DNA of 63,111 nucleotides, filler included, from Saprolegnia diclina VS20 (Eukaryota): NCBI RefSeq assembly GCF_000281045.1. It is 12 parts of 2 records of this genome, joined end to end, with 100 filler letters (N's around TTAATTAATTAA, not from the genome) between each part and the next. Parts side by side here need not be neighbours in the genome. Positions count along the whole stretch, not along the records: positions 1 to 20,010 come from NW_008246121.1; positions 20,111 to 39,781 come from NW_008246121.1; 10 more parts are not named here. One strand, 5' to 3'. Shown piece by piece: positions 12,070 to 22,869 of this stretch (position 1 is its first letter; each line of letters starts with the position of its first letter). The notes under the pieces were generated by a model. It saw only the letters and a program-made list of their open reading frames with translations, ran no database searches and was not told where the DNA came from. The position numbers and the translations under genes were made by a program.

Positions 12070-12672
12070 ATGCGTTTGGTGCTGTTCACGTGCTGTGGCC
12101 TCGGCATGACCATGGCGACGACAAAGACAGGGGTCTACTTGCCTGGCAGCTGGAGCCCTGAGTACACACCGTCGACGATCAAGGGCTTGCCGACCTGTTC
12201 GACCAACAACTGGGTCGTCTCGGGCTCGACGTACGACGGTGTCACGGCCTGCTCGAATGCCAAGTCGACAAAGATCTCTATCAACCCATTTCGATGCACG
12301 CAGTACAATGCGATCAAGAACATCCAGGGCATCTACGACTGCAGCTCGTGCTTTTACGGCTGGCGGTTTGCACCCAACGGGGACGTACTCTCGTACGAGA
12401 GCACAACCCAAGCTGCGGGCATCCGCTTGAGTGCGTACTTTGTGCCGCAAACCATCAAGAGCCTTGACGGCATGAAGTCGTGCTTGATGACCAACGATGC
12501 CAACCTCGCCTCTCTCTGCGACTTTATTGAGCGCGACAGTCTGGCGCCGGGCGCCAAGGCGACGTGCGTCAAGAAGAGCAGCCCACCGTACACGTTTGCA
12601 AAGCCGCTCAACGACGCTGCGTCATGCAACACGTACGCTGTCAAGAACAGACAAGTTGTCTGCACCAAGTGA
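12070..12672 (+). CDS. Putative secreted cysteine-rich protein (200 aa), unknown family
   Basis: Starts MRLVLFTCCGLGMTMA (signal-like). About 10 further Cys. Preceded by Inr-like TCTCATTTTCAAAT. Coding-type codon bias. Confidence 0.7.
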   Translation: MRLVLFTCCGLGMTMATTKTGVYLPGSWSPEYTPSTIKGLPTCSTNNWVVSGSTYDGVTACSNAKSTKISINPFRCTQYNAIKNIQGIYDCSSCFYGWRFAPNGDVLSYESTTQAAGIRLSAYFVPQTIKSLDGMKSCLMTNDANLASLCDFIERDSLAPGAKATCVKKSSPPYTFAKPLNDAASCNTYAVKNRQVVCTK

Positions 12673-13119
12673 GCCCGTGTGACGAGTGTGAAACTGTCAA
12701 AGTACTACCGGGTAGTACTCTTGTTGTCCTTGGATAGTTGTAAGCAACACTTTCGTGTATCCAGTCAACAATAGCTGCTTCTCTGCAAACTCATTCTGTC
12801 GTGCGGCGACGTCGTCGGCTACATCGTCAACTACTCGAATTGGTTGTCGGCCCCTTCGAGGCGCCCGAACAAGGGACCGCCCCAGCACGCCGGCACGTGC
12901 GCTGCGAGCGGGTTGATGGCGTGCTCTGCCTCATCAAACGCGCTAGAGATGCTGTACTACATCTTGGGACACATTGTGGGATGCGAGTATCGACGACAAT
13001 CTGACAAGCGACGCACAACCGAGTTGGCACAACCGAGTTTGCACTAGGGGTCGGGCACGCTTCTATTTCAAGTGTACGGAAATAGTGTGCCAACCGGATA
13101 CGAAAGTCGTATCCGGTTG

Positions 13120-14928
13120 ATGGACGGCTACGATCGCGCAACACACTTCGATTTTGTCTGTCACAAGCGATGCCAGGTACATCCTGCAGGCGGACTAGTA
13201 CTAGCTGACGGGCAAGGGCTGGGCGTAGCGACGCCGCTGACGCCGGCCTTCCTCGAGGAGCTCAACGCGGCCTTTGAGGCCTCGCCCAGCAACGTTGTTG
13301 CGCGCAATGCCATGACGTCGGCCAATTGGTACGACGTGGTCGTAGACCGGCGCGAGCTGCAGCGGCTGACGCACACGTTTGCCAAGAAGCTGCCGGACGC
13401 CAAGGTCTGCAACCAGAACGAGACGGGCCGGTACGTCGTCCTTTCTACTTACCAGTGTGGCGAGTCGTTTTGTGTCGTAGCTGCTGGCTGTTTGCGGCGT
13501 CGACGCTGCTTCGCCGCGCGCTCCAAACGAAATATTCGCTGAGCCCCGACTTTGAGATTTCGCAGAATTTCTTCTACTTTTACGTATTGCGCATGCGCCA
13601 TCGACCCAAAATTCCCCTCTTTGGTTTATATAGGACAAGCTCGAAAAGTGCAATTATTTTTTCGAAAACATCCTCGCGACCGCCGATTGCAGCGTGGACG
13701 ACCGCCTCGTCCATCACTTCCTCGCCGACCCGACCAACGACGGCGGGCAGTGGGACATGCTGGTCAACATTGTCAACAAGGCGCGTTCGTATGTACACAC
13801 AACAAATATTCATATTGCGCGTAGTACGGCGCCGTGCCCAAGAATGTATATGGCGAAGCCAAGTGCACAGAAGACTCGGAGCGTCTCAACCTGTTTCTGA
13901 GCGCCAAGCTACGTGACTTTGCGGCCGAGCTACGTCGACTGCATGCGACCGATCCCACTGCGCTCAAGGCCGCCAAGCAGCGCATGCTCGGCGTGTGCCA
14001 CCGCATTTTGAGCATCTTTCTCGGGTCGCCGCCAACGCACTTTGACTTTGAAGCCCACGACAAGGACGAGGTGTATGTGAGCGTGCTCAACTGCACGCCG
14101 CGTTCGTTTCTAACGGACGTGGTGCCAATTGCGCTGAACGACTATGTGAGCATCGTCAACGATCCGCGCCACGCGTACGGCAGTCTTTTGACAGGTAGGC
14201 CCCTTGCTCTGGATTTTCGTTTTTTTTTCTTTTGAATTTTGTTTGAATTATGGTTGATTTTTGTTTTTGATATTTTTGATGACATTTTTGTTCATATTTC
14301 GACACTCTGTGCCATGCGATTGTACTAGTCGAGAAGCTCGGCAATGTGGTCGAAGGCAACCCAATTCGGTATCTCAACTTGCCGACGACCGACCTCGCGC
14401 GCTATGCCAAGGCGCAGCTCGACGACGACCTCCCCGTGTGGTTTGGCTGCGACTGCGACGCCGACTCGGAGCTCGAGGTCTACGGTGTCTACTCCAAGCA
14501 GCTCTACGCAATGGAGGCAGTGTTTGGCACGCAGTGGAGCATGACGAAGCGCGAGCGCATGGAGTACCAGGTACACTATTGTCCTACGTAGGAACGACAA
14601 TGATGTCCTCTTTTTGTAGAATGGATCGATGACACACGCCATGGTCTTTACAGGCTACAGCGGATCGCCACTCCCAACGAAATGGAAGGTGGAAAACAGT
14701 TGGGGCAAAAAGCGCGGCGATGCAGGGTACGCTCTCTGAAAAATGTCTTATTGCCCACACTATGCTATGTGGTGTAGATATGACATTATGACGGACGCGT
14801 GGTTTGACGACCACATGTACCAAGTCGTCGTGCTCAAGAAATACCTCGCTCCCGAGCACCTTGCGCAGTGGTGTGACGGCACGCCGCGTGTGCTGCCCGT
14901 GTGGGACCCCATGGGCAACTGCTTGTAA
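13120..14928 (+). CDS. BLMH: Bleomycin hydrolase / aminopeptidase C (peptidase C1B), multi-exon
   Basis: Spliced exons give NQNETGR|CWLFA (catalytic Cys), FEISQNFFYFY|DKLEKCNYF, DGGQWDMLVNIVNK|YGAVPK, PVWFGCD, MTHAMVFTG (His), WKVENSWG (Asn), VLPVWDPMG. Start codon uncertain. Confidence 0.93.
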
Positions 14929-15035
14929 TAGCTCTCGACTTGCACCTTGAATATAGCCACCCTTTGGATAAGATCCAAATAATCTGCGTATATTACGCGT
15001 GGATTATTTCTGGTACTACGATGTACACAACTGAC

Positions 15036-16718
15036 CTAGACGCTGTAGCCAAACTGCTGAAGCCGGAGCCATGAGCTCGCTGCATCGTGGCACGACCACA
15101 AGTGCGGGAAGCTCCCGCTGTCCGAAGCCATGTCGAGGCAAAAGCCGCGGTGGCTCACATGACGGAGCTGCTTGGTGCTGGCGTCATAACTCCATTTCTG
15201 GTTGACATTGGTGCTGTCACATTTGTACAAGTGCACGGCGCCACCGTCTTTTGCTTGATATGCATCGAGGCACTGCTTGAGGGCTTGATTCGTGACCAGA
15301 CCCGTCGTTGCGTCGACCGTCCAGAAGGCCTTTGGGTCGTTCACGTTGGTCGTAAATGCCACTTGATCGCTGCCGACTTGCACCGCAGCCAAGGCGAGCG
15401 CGCCGTTGGTCAAGCGCGCGCCTTGCGTCGTCGGTGTCACGACAAAGAGCTGGTTGTCGTTGTTGGCGACGCATCCAAAGACCTTGACGCTCGGGTCCGT
15501 GGGGTTGACGTCGAGACACACGTTGGAGTGGGTCGCATGAACAACCTTTTGATCTTGGAGCCGCCATTTTTGGTTGCCGTTGCTGCCGTCGCCGCAGTCG
15601 TACAGGTGCACGTAGACCTGGCCGTTGTCCTTGTAGGCGTCGAGGCAGCGGTTCCCGACCGGGTTGCGCACTTGTTGCGTCGCAGCGTTGTACGTCCAGA
15701 AGCTACCAGTTTGGTTGGTGTTGGCGACCGCCGAGAGCGCGTCGTTCACTTGAGCAACGACCAGTCCTTTGGCCGTGACGAGCTGGAACGATGCGCGGAG
15801 GTTGTCCGGCAACAGCGGTGTCGGAGCCGGTGCCGGTGTCGGCGTCGGTGTCGGGGCCGGTGTCGAAGCCGGTGCTGGGCTGCTGTCGAAGCCAAACTTC
15901 CATTCCCCGCTCTCATTGGCGAGGCCAAAGCTGCCTTCGATCGTGCCACGACCCTTGTTGGGGTTGTCGTGAAACATAAAGTAGGACGGTCGCTGTCCAC
16001 CCTTGCCTTGGTTGTTGATCCACGACTGGACTTTGTTGAAGTAGTCGACAGCGTTCGCGTAGCTGGGCACGTGGCCGTTGAGCGTCTGGCCGGCGTGAGG
16101 CCACCCGGTCTCGACGAGCTCGATGCGCTTGCCAGGAAATGCACGCAGCATGGCGCTCCAGCGCGCGTCCAGGTCTGCGATCGGGTTGGTCTTGGAGTCT
16201 TGGGACGCCCCAAAGAACGGGTAAATGTTGACGCCAATGACATCGACCGCTGCCGCGAGACCGCTGTTGCGCAGCCAGTCGCCGTCCGTTTGGACCGACC
16301 CAACGAGCACGTTCTTGCCGGAGAGGCGCGCGCGCACCGAGTCGACTCGGGCTTTGACCATAGCGAGGTCCCAGCCGTTCGTGAGGTCTTCGTTGCCGAC
16401 GTAGACGATCGGGACGCTGTTGGGGTTGCGGCCGAGGCCTTCGACGATCGCGTTGACATCGTCGGCAATCTTTTGCTCGCCAGACCGGAGCCAAATGCCG
16501 GCATGAATCGTGAGGCCATTGGCTGCCGCGACGTCGATCGCGTTGACGCCGTTCCAAAAGCGCGTGTCGTACGTGCGCACAAAGGAGAAGCGCGATTTGA
16601 TCGTCTTGAAGTGCGCGTCCACGCTCTTCGGGTCGTACGAGTCGTAGCAGACGCCAAAGCTGCGCACCGACACGAACAGGAATGCAACGCACAGCGATAC
16701 GAGCCGACGTCTCGTCAT
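15036..16718 (-). CDS. Secreted GH17 beta-1,3-glucanase/glucanosyltransferase with PT linker and two ricin-B (CBM13-like) lectin domains
   Basis: Signal peptide, FVRTY, YVGNEDL, GVNIYPFF, VETGWP motifs, a PAPASTPAPTPTP linker, then repeated CLD...C...NQKW ricin motifs. Confidence 0.92.
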   Translation of the reverse strand: MTRRRLVSLCVAFLFVSVRSFGVCYDSYDPKSVDAHFKTIKSRFSFVRTYDTRFWNGVNAIDVAAANGLTIHAGIWLRSGEQKIADDVNAIVEGLGRNPNSVPIVYVGNEDLTNGWDLAMVKARVDSVRARLSGKNVLVGSVQTDGDWLRNSGLAAAVDVIGVNIYPFFGASQDSKTNPIADLDARWSAMLRAFPGKRIELVETGWPHAGQTLNGHVPSYANAVDYFNKVQSWINNQGKGGQRPSYFMFHDNPNKGRGTIEGSFGLANESGEWKFGFDSSPAPASTPAPTPTPTPAPAPTPLLPDNLRASFQLVTAKGLVVAQVNDALSAVANTNQTGSFWTYNAATQQVRNPVGNRCLDAYKDNGQVYVHLYDCGDGSNGNQKWRLQDQKVVHATHSNVCLDVNPTDPSVKVFGCVANNDNQLFVVTPTTQGARLTNGALALAAVQVGSDQVAFTTNVNDPKAFWTVDATTGLVTNQALKQCLDAYQAKDGGAVHLYKCDSTNVNQKWSYDASTKQLRHVSHRGFCLDMASDSGSFPHLWSCHDAASSWLRLQQFGYSV

Positions 16719-17559
16719 TGCGGAGAAAATGCAGTTGTGGCGACGACGACCCGCATGGAGCGCGCTGGCGGCAGAAAGGTGTGTCACGATGGCAGGTAGA
16801 TCTGCCGACGACCGATCACCGGCCATGGCAAGCCAACGTGCGGGACACCAAGGGTGTATCCTGGTGGTATACGCCTACCGATGCTGAAGATGCAAGCAGC
16901 GCGCCATTTCGCTGTCGCGCTCTCGGAGCCTCGGAGGGCCGTGGTGTCTTTGGTTTTGCATGGTACCAATTGCCATATCCAAGTACACTTGTCGCGGACC
17001 ACAACCTGCTTGCGAGTGCAGCCAATGATCGACGGACTCGAAAACACTCGAAAGCATGGATGGCACGACGGTCGAGAGTGGAAAACTGTAAGTCTACCTT
17101 ATCGATGTCGCTTGCAGTTGACTCATGGACGATGCAAGGGAATTGTAGCTTGGATCGAAGAAGTATCTTGACAGCCAGCTTGACAGCTGGACTGATGCCA
17201 GCGTGCCGACCACTTGACGATGCTTTGCGTGACCGCGCCCTTCACGATCAGCAAGCGCCAATGGCTACGAGCTCAGGGTACTGACATGAGTCTGACACTG
17301 ACACTAATATGTGCTCGCAGGCCAGTGTACGTGCGGCGTCTCTGGGCCCATCCTGGCACACCATACATTTTATAGGTCCCACTCGTCTTCTCTCTCCATT
17401 CTCCCGCACGCACTGCTGTTGTCGCGTCGAGATGAGCTGGATGCGATCGCTGGCCACAAGCTAGCTGCTCCAAATAGGTGGATCATAAATCGGGTGGTCC
17501 TCCCTCGCCAAGAACGCAAAGTCAGTGCTACTGCAGTTAAAGCAGTAGGTTACACTATA

Positions 17560-19557
17560 CTAGACAAGTGCAAACTCGGTCATGTCCATCTGCAGTAAGA
17601 GCTGGAGCGCCGCGTTGAGCTCGTCGCGGGACGGGTACACGGGCAAGTCGATCCGGTTGAAGCACGCATGGGACCGCGGCAGCAGGCCGGGTTCGTACGC
17701 GATGGCCTTGATCGAGAACGGGCAGAGTCGGCCGTCCGTGCTCGTGAGACCTTTAAAGCCCTGGACAGGTACGTGCGTCGAGCCTGTCGCAAACTGGAGC
17801 AGCTTGGCACGCTCCGCGTTGGTCATGTTGGCGACAGCGTCCCAAAACCACGACAGCACGAGGGCGTCGGTGGTCGTAAAGACCGCCGAGACGGACGTAT
17901 ACTGCTTCCAATCGTCGACGCTGATGTCTGCAATGCCGCAGAGGAGGAGCTCGAGCTCCTTGTAGTCGAACGGCGCAAGCCACTCGGGGGAGAGCACCTA
18001 CCAACACCATCAACACTAGCGTTCCACGCCTCGTCCTACCTCGAAAAACCCAGCGAGAAAATATTCGACTTGGCGCTGGATGCGGCCGAAAAGAATGTAC
18101 TCGGCCATCACTTGGACGTACAGGGCTTGGTTGTCGACATTGACGGCCATGGTGTCACCGCCGGGTACGAGTGGCACGACGTGCTGCGCGTCAATTGCGA
18201 CGGTAAAGTCGAGGCTCAGCGCCGCGACGTCCGGCGTCGATTGGACGTAGAGAAGGCTCTTGTAGAGCTGCAGATCCATAAATTGCACGTCGAGAAGCGA
18301 GAGCGGAAGACCGAGGAGGAGCTTGTACATGGGCGTGCAGAGGTGGAACGGAAGGACTTGGCCGTCAAGCAAGGCGCGCCCGAGGAGTCGGCCGACGCAG
18401 CGATACCGAGTGGGCGGCACCGACGAACGGGGCGCAATCGTGTACTTGTAGTTGTCGGTAGCCACAAACAAGCCAGCGCTCTCGTCCAAGATGGCTTGCG
18501 TGAGCATCGTGTACCACTCGCGCTGGAGGCCGCCGGCATCGACGCCGATCTCGCCAATAAGCTCAATGCGGGTTTGTGCGCAGAGCTGGTCAAGCGGGAG
18601 CTGCTCCAGCAACCGCATCGAGCCGTCGAGTAGTTTGCCTCGGTGTACCGAGAGCTTGGCAATGCTAGTCGTGCATGAGAGAGATCGATCAACGAGACAG
18701 GAACGTTGCGCTAGAATACCTCGCGCTCGGCAAGGCGTCGAGCTGGGTGAGAAACCACAGATACTTGGTCGAGAAGGACGACGCTTGAAGTGCGGCAAGC
18801 TGCGGGATGAACCACGCTGGCCATGGCGTTCCAAGAAGGGACATGGCGGCGCCGTCGCGCGGCTGCCGCACACGCAGAATCGTGAGCTCGAGCTCGTGGG
18901 GCGTCTCGGCATCGACTGCAATCTCCACGTCATGTTGCGGCCGCACTGCGTGTGGTACGAACGACGCGTGCTGCGGTACTGCGCTCCAAATGACGTGGCC
19001 AGTGTGCGCATCCAAGGCCCGCTTCCAGTCGTGGCGGCGCCTACGCGATCGTCAACCGACAGGACGAGGTCGTTCTTCTTCTTACGTGGCAGCCTCTTGG
19101 GCCAGCGATCGTTTCAGTGGTGGGCTCTCGAGGTCTGCACGTCGTAGCGATGTGAGACATTGGTGCTAGTGACGGGCACAGACCTTTGGCCGAGTCGCAG
19201 AGCACGCACGTCGTCGACACGTCGGCATTTTCAAACGCGCACACGACGCAGCGCCACTTGGCGGCGTGAGTCATCCTACCGAGCTGCTGTGAGAGGTCGT
19301 CTGTGATCCAACTGCGAACAATTCTTCAATGTCTTGGCGATTGAGACCGTGGATGGCACCGAGAAAGCTACGCGCGGTCGGTGAATTGGCCACTCGGAAG
19401 TCGTTGGGATACTGTACTCGTTCGAGAGGAGCGGACGGCCGAGCGTGAAGGACATCGGCTTTGTCATGAGCTTAAAGATGCAAAAGTACACAAAGCACGC
19501 AAGCCCAATGACGATGATGGCCATCGGGATCACGGCCTGCGTGAGGTAGTTGGCCAT
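17560..19557 (-). CDS. HECT E3 ubiquitin ligase with N-terminal TM helix and RanBP2-type zinc finger, multi-exon
   Basis: N-terminal hydrophobic helix. WRCVVCAFEN...CVLC finger. GVDAGGLQREWY, ELELLLCG, LLQFATGS, PRSHACFNRIDLP (catalytic Cys). Confidence 0.92.
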
Positions 19558-20413
19558 CGCGCTCGCCGCTGCAGAAATGACAGATCAGATATTGCCGAAT
19601 TCCAGTGTGATTGGGTTCGAACTTCGAGAGCTGGCCAATCCAGGGCCGACATTTGACTGACCAGCCGTAGTTCGAAGACATGCGACGCAAGTTTTTCCTG
19701 TGAGCTGCATCTTTAACCTTCGCATGCAGGAGCGCGCCGTGGGTCACATGGGATTGCTCGGCCACGCAGAGCTACATGCACTGTGAGCTCCGCCGTGCAT
19801 GGTGCGGACCGACGTCACAAATGTGAATTACTTTGCGTTGGCAGGTTCAAAAATGCCTGCCGAATGGAATTCATTCGATTGTTCACGGGCTGTCTATAGC
19901 AACTCTGTGTAGTACTTGTGATCGAGTTGAGAAGCCGAGTTGGGTTTTATCACACGACGGCAAAACACTACCGCCATCCAGCATGACGTGAAGCACATGA
20001 CACACATAATNNNNNNNNNNNNNNNNNNNNNNNNNNNNNNNNNNNNNNNNNNNNTTAATTAATTAANNNNNNNNNNNNNNNNNNNNNNNNNNNNNNNNNN
20101 NNNNNNNNNNCGCGGCTCGTCAAGGCTAGTGCGCACGCAAAAGAGGTAGCGTGACGTTAACAAAATATTGCGGTTTCGATGTCGATTAAAAACTTTTGCG
20201 TGCGAGATCACTCGAATTGATGCAACAGGAATACTCTAAAGGGCAGCGACAATGCGACTATACTTTAGTGGTACAGTGAAAGACATTACGGTCGCATCCT
20301 TTCTTCTGATGTAGCGCTTTCTGGGATGCTAGCCAACTACTGCCCCTCGCGTCGATGAGAAATAACCCAGTCAAAACATCACCTCGTTGCATAATTTGAC
20401 TACTAATAAGCAA

Positions 20414-21169
20414 CTAACACGACGATGGAACATGCAGCACGATCGATCCGAGTGCTCCGCGGCACGTCGGACAGCACGGTGTGATCGCCAGCCAGTCACG
20501 CAAGCACGATACGTGAAAGCCATGACCGCACGCCAGCTCCAAGACGATCGCAGAGGCAAAGCTCTCCAAGCAGATCGGACACGCGTCGTCGATCGTCGTC
20601 GCCGTGGTCGTCGTCACAGTGACGCTCAAGGCTTCCTGAGGAATCCGGAGAAAGATAAACAGTCGCGCGAGGACGCCGGCTGGCACAACTGGCGGTTCGT
20701 CGGGATACCGCAGAGCGTGGAGCCAAGCGGTCGCGTAGAGGCTCCAGACGTGCGACACAAAGCTGCCGAGATCACGCATGCGCTCGGCAATCACACTCGG
20801 CTTCTCGGCATCAAAGTGCTTCTTTGGAAACGGCAAGCGCAGAACGTACGCGAGGTACTCACTTGGCGTTGCTGTCGTCGATAGCGTCTCGCGCATCTGC
20901 AGCACGTCCGAGTAGCGCTTATGGATGGTCCAGCGATGGCTTGTGATGGGGCAGGCAAGCGTCATGTCATATTGCACATAGTACCCGAGGCTGCATGCGC
21001 GGCCGATCGAGACGAGCTCGGGCACATGGCGAGTCGTGAGGGGGGCCGGCCAAAGCGATGTCCATGGTGCCAACTGGAGGTCTGTCGGCGGTGACTTGGC
21101 GTCGGCCATGGCGGTTGCGAGCGCGAGGAACGGCAGATCGCCGTGCGGGGTTGGGGGGCGTGAGTACAT
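20414..21169 (-). CDS. PX (Phox) domain + RING-H2 protein, copy 1
   Basis: YVQYDM...WTIHKRYS...LPFPKK...VIAERM (PX), followed by CPICLE...LACGHGFHVSCLRDW...CPTCR (RING-H2). Intronless. Confidence 0.88.
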   Translation of the reverse strand: MYSRPPTPHGDLPFLALATAMADAKSPPTDLQLAPWTSLWPAPLTTRHVPELVSIGRACSLGYYVQYDMTLACPITSHRWTIHKRYSDVLQMRETLSTTATPSEYLAYVLRLPFPKKHFDAEKPSVIAERMRDLGSFVSHVWSLYATAWLHALRYPDEPPVVPAGVLARLFIFLRIPQEALSVTVTTTTATTIDDACPICLESFASAIVLELACGHGFHVSCLRDWLAITPCCPTCRGALGSIVLHVPSSC

Positions 21170-21447
21170 GGTACGCGTGTCGAGTTGAAATCGAAAATGA
21201 CTATCTTGGTCACGACCAACATGACGCATGGCATCGCTTGCCGCGACTACACGATCGCGTCAAAGGCCTGGTAACGCCTGCGCCATCCATTCAACCATTC
21301 AATGTGGCGCTTCTGCACAAAGACGCCCAGCGGCTTCGGCGGTCGTCTCTGGCGTTGGTTTGCACGCCATCGGTCGCAGTGTTCAGAGCCAATGCTTGGG
21401 CGCCACGGCCGTGCGTCGCGCTGATGCCCGCCCCGCTTTTTTCAAAT

Positions 21448-21575
21448 TGGGTTTAGAGCGCACTCTCCGAGACGTGACGTTCGTATCAAGTGGGTTTAGA
21501 GCGCACTGTCCTAACGTGACATCTGTTTCTAGTGGGTTTAGAGCTCACTGTCCACACACGTGATGTTTGTACCAC
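21448..21575. repeat. Degenerate tandem repeat, 3 x ~43 bp (TGGGTTTAGAGCGCACTGTCC...ACGTGA...)
   Basis: Units start at 21448, 21491 and 21533. Confidence 0.85.
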
Positions 21576-21979
21576 GAATCCACTTGGTAAGAAAGGGTTC
21601 GTGACGCTTCGACATGGCACTTCTGACACCGTCATGGTGGCATGAAGTCATCCGAGCGCGCACATTGATCAGTGTTGTAAACGCCGAAACACCGCTCGAT
21701 CAGCCTCAACACGACGGTGCTGCTGCCAAGGTGCTGCATGAATCGGCGCGTTGCCGTAGCATCCAAGTCAAACCGTCTGTCTCTACCAATTACCACCAGG
21801 CCGCCACGAGCAGCCACCTGTTGCCGAGTATACGTATCGATCACTGCGCGCGGAATTAAACTCGCTGGCGCTTGGCGCGCCAAGTGTACCGTCGCACTCG
21901 ATTGGCTAAAAGTGGCCAATCAGCACCAAGCTTTCTGCCTCGTTCAGATGATCCTCCTCACTTTTCATTTTTCTTTGCC

Positions 21980-22753
21980 ATGACAACGCAGTGCCACTCC
22001 AAGAGCGACGAGATCCATTTTATCGCATCCGCCAAGGCGCTGGTCGCGTCGTTGCCAGTCGTGTCGTCACCACTGACGCTGGCGCCATGGCACGCACCAC
22101 CGGCAGCTTCACTGTTTCAGCTCACGCCCGTCAGTCTCTCGGCATCCATTGGCTCGGGTCAAAGCGCCTTTGGCTACTATGTACAATACGACATGACGCT
22201 CCAGTGTCCGATCACATCCCGCGCCTGGACCATCCACAAGCGCTACTCGCAGCTGCTCAAGTTCCGATCGCAGTTGACGAAGCTTCACGCTACATCTCCG
22301 TCACCATCACTAGCTTGCCTCTTGCAACTGCCCTTTCCCAAGAAGGCTCTCGACTCGGAGAAGCCAAGCGTCATTGCCGAGCGCATGCAGCGCTTCCAGA
22401 CCTTTGTCGAGCACGTCTGGAGCTTGTACGCGAGCTGCGTGGTGCCAACCAGCGGCGCGCCAGAAGAAGCCGCCGCCGTCATCGCGTGTCTACACGAGTT
22501 TCTGAGTGTGCCCGAGGCCGTGCTGGCCATCTCGGTACGCCACATCGACGAGATGCCCCAGGACATGGACCCGTGCGTGGTGTGCTTGGGTGAGTTCGAC
22601 GTTGACGACTTGCGCTGTCCGTCGGCGGTGCTGGCGCTGTCGTGCGGCCATGTGTTTCATCGCGATTGTCTTCAGCAGTGGTGTGCGGTGGCGGTCACGT
22701 GCCCGACATGTCGACGTGACGTCGGCGGCATGGCCAGCCTCCAGCTCCAGTAG
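21980..22753 (+). CDS. PX domain + RING-H2 protein, copy 2 (divergent from copy 1)
   Basis: Same PX and RING motifs (WTIHKRYSQLLKFR, LPFPKK, CVVCLGEF...CGHVFHRDC...CPTCR). Confidence 0.9.
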   Translation: MTTQCHSKSDEIHFIASAKALVASLPVVSSPLTLAPWHAPPAASLFQLTPVSLSASIGSGQSAFGYYVQYDMTLQCPITSRAWTIHKRYSQLLKFRSQLTKLHATSPSPSLACLLQLPFPKKALDSEKPSVIAERMQRFQTFVEHVWSLYASCVVPTSGAPEEAAAVIACLHEFLSVPEAVLAISVRHIDEMPQDMDPCVVCLGEFDVDDLRCPSAVLALSCGHVFHRDCLQQWCAVAVTCPTCRRDVGGMASLQLQ

Positions 22754-22869
22754 TTTCGTGCGAGGACAAGTTTTTAACAATTCTATGTGTGATAATGTAG
22801 TTTACGGCCCCGCTTTGATCTTAGTTGTTGTTGGATGGGACATTGATGGTGTGCATGCGCATGACGAGG

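Noticed and set aside
15087..16799. Long antisense ORFs (570 aa here; also 27023-28339, 37624-38883, 8123-9040)
   Set aside because: Shadow ORFs caused by high GC3 codon bias of the real genes on the opposite strand.
21448..21575. CRISPR array (GTTTAGAGC resembles type II repeats)
   Set aside because: Only 3 degenerate units, the 'spacers' are ~21 nt and similar to each other, no cas genes are present, and the context is eukaryotic.
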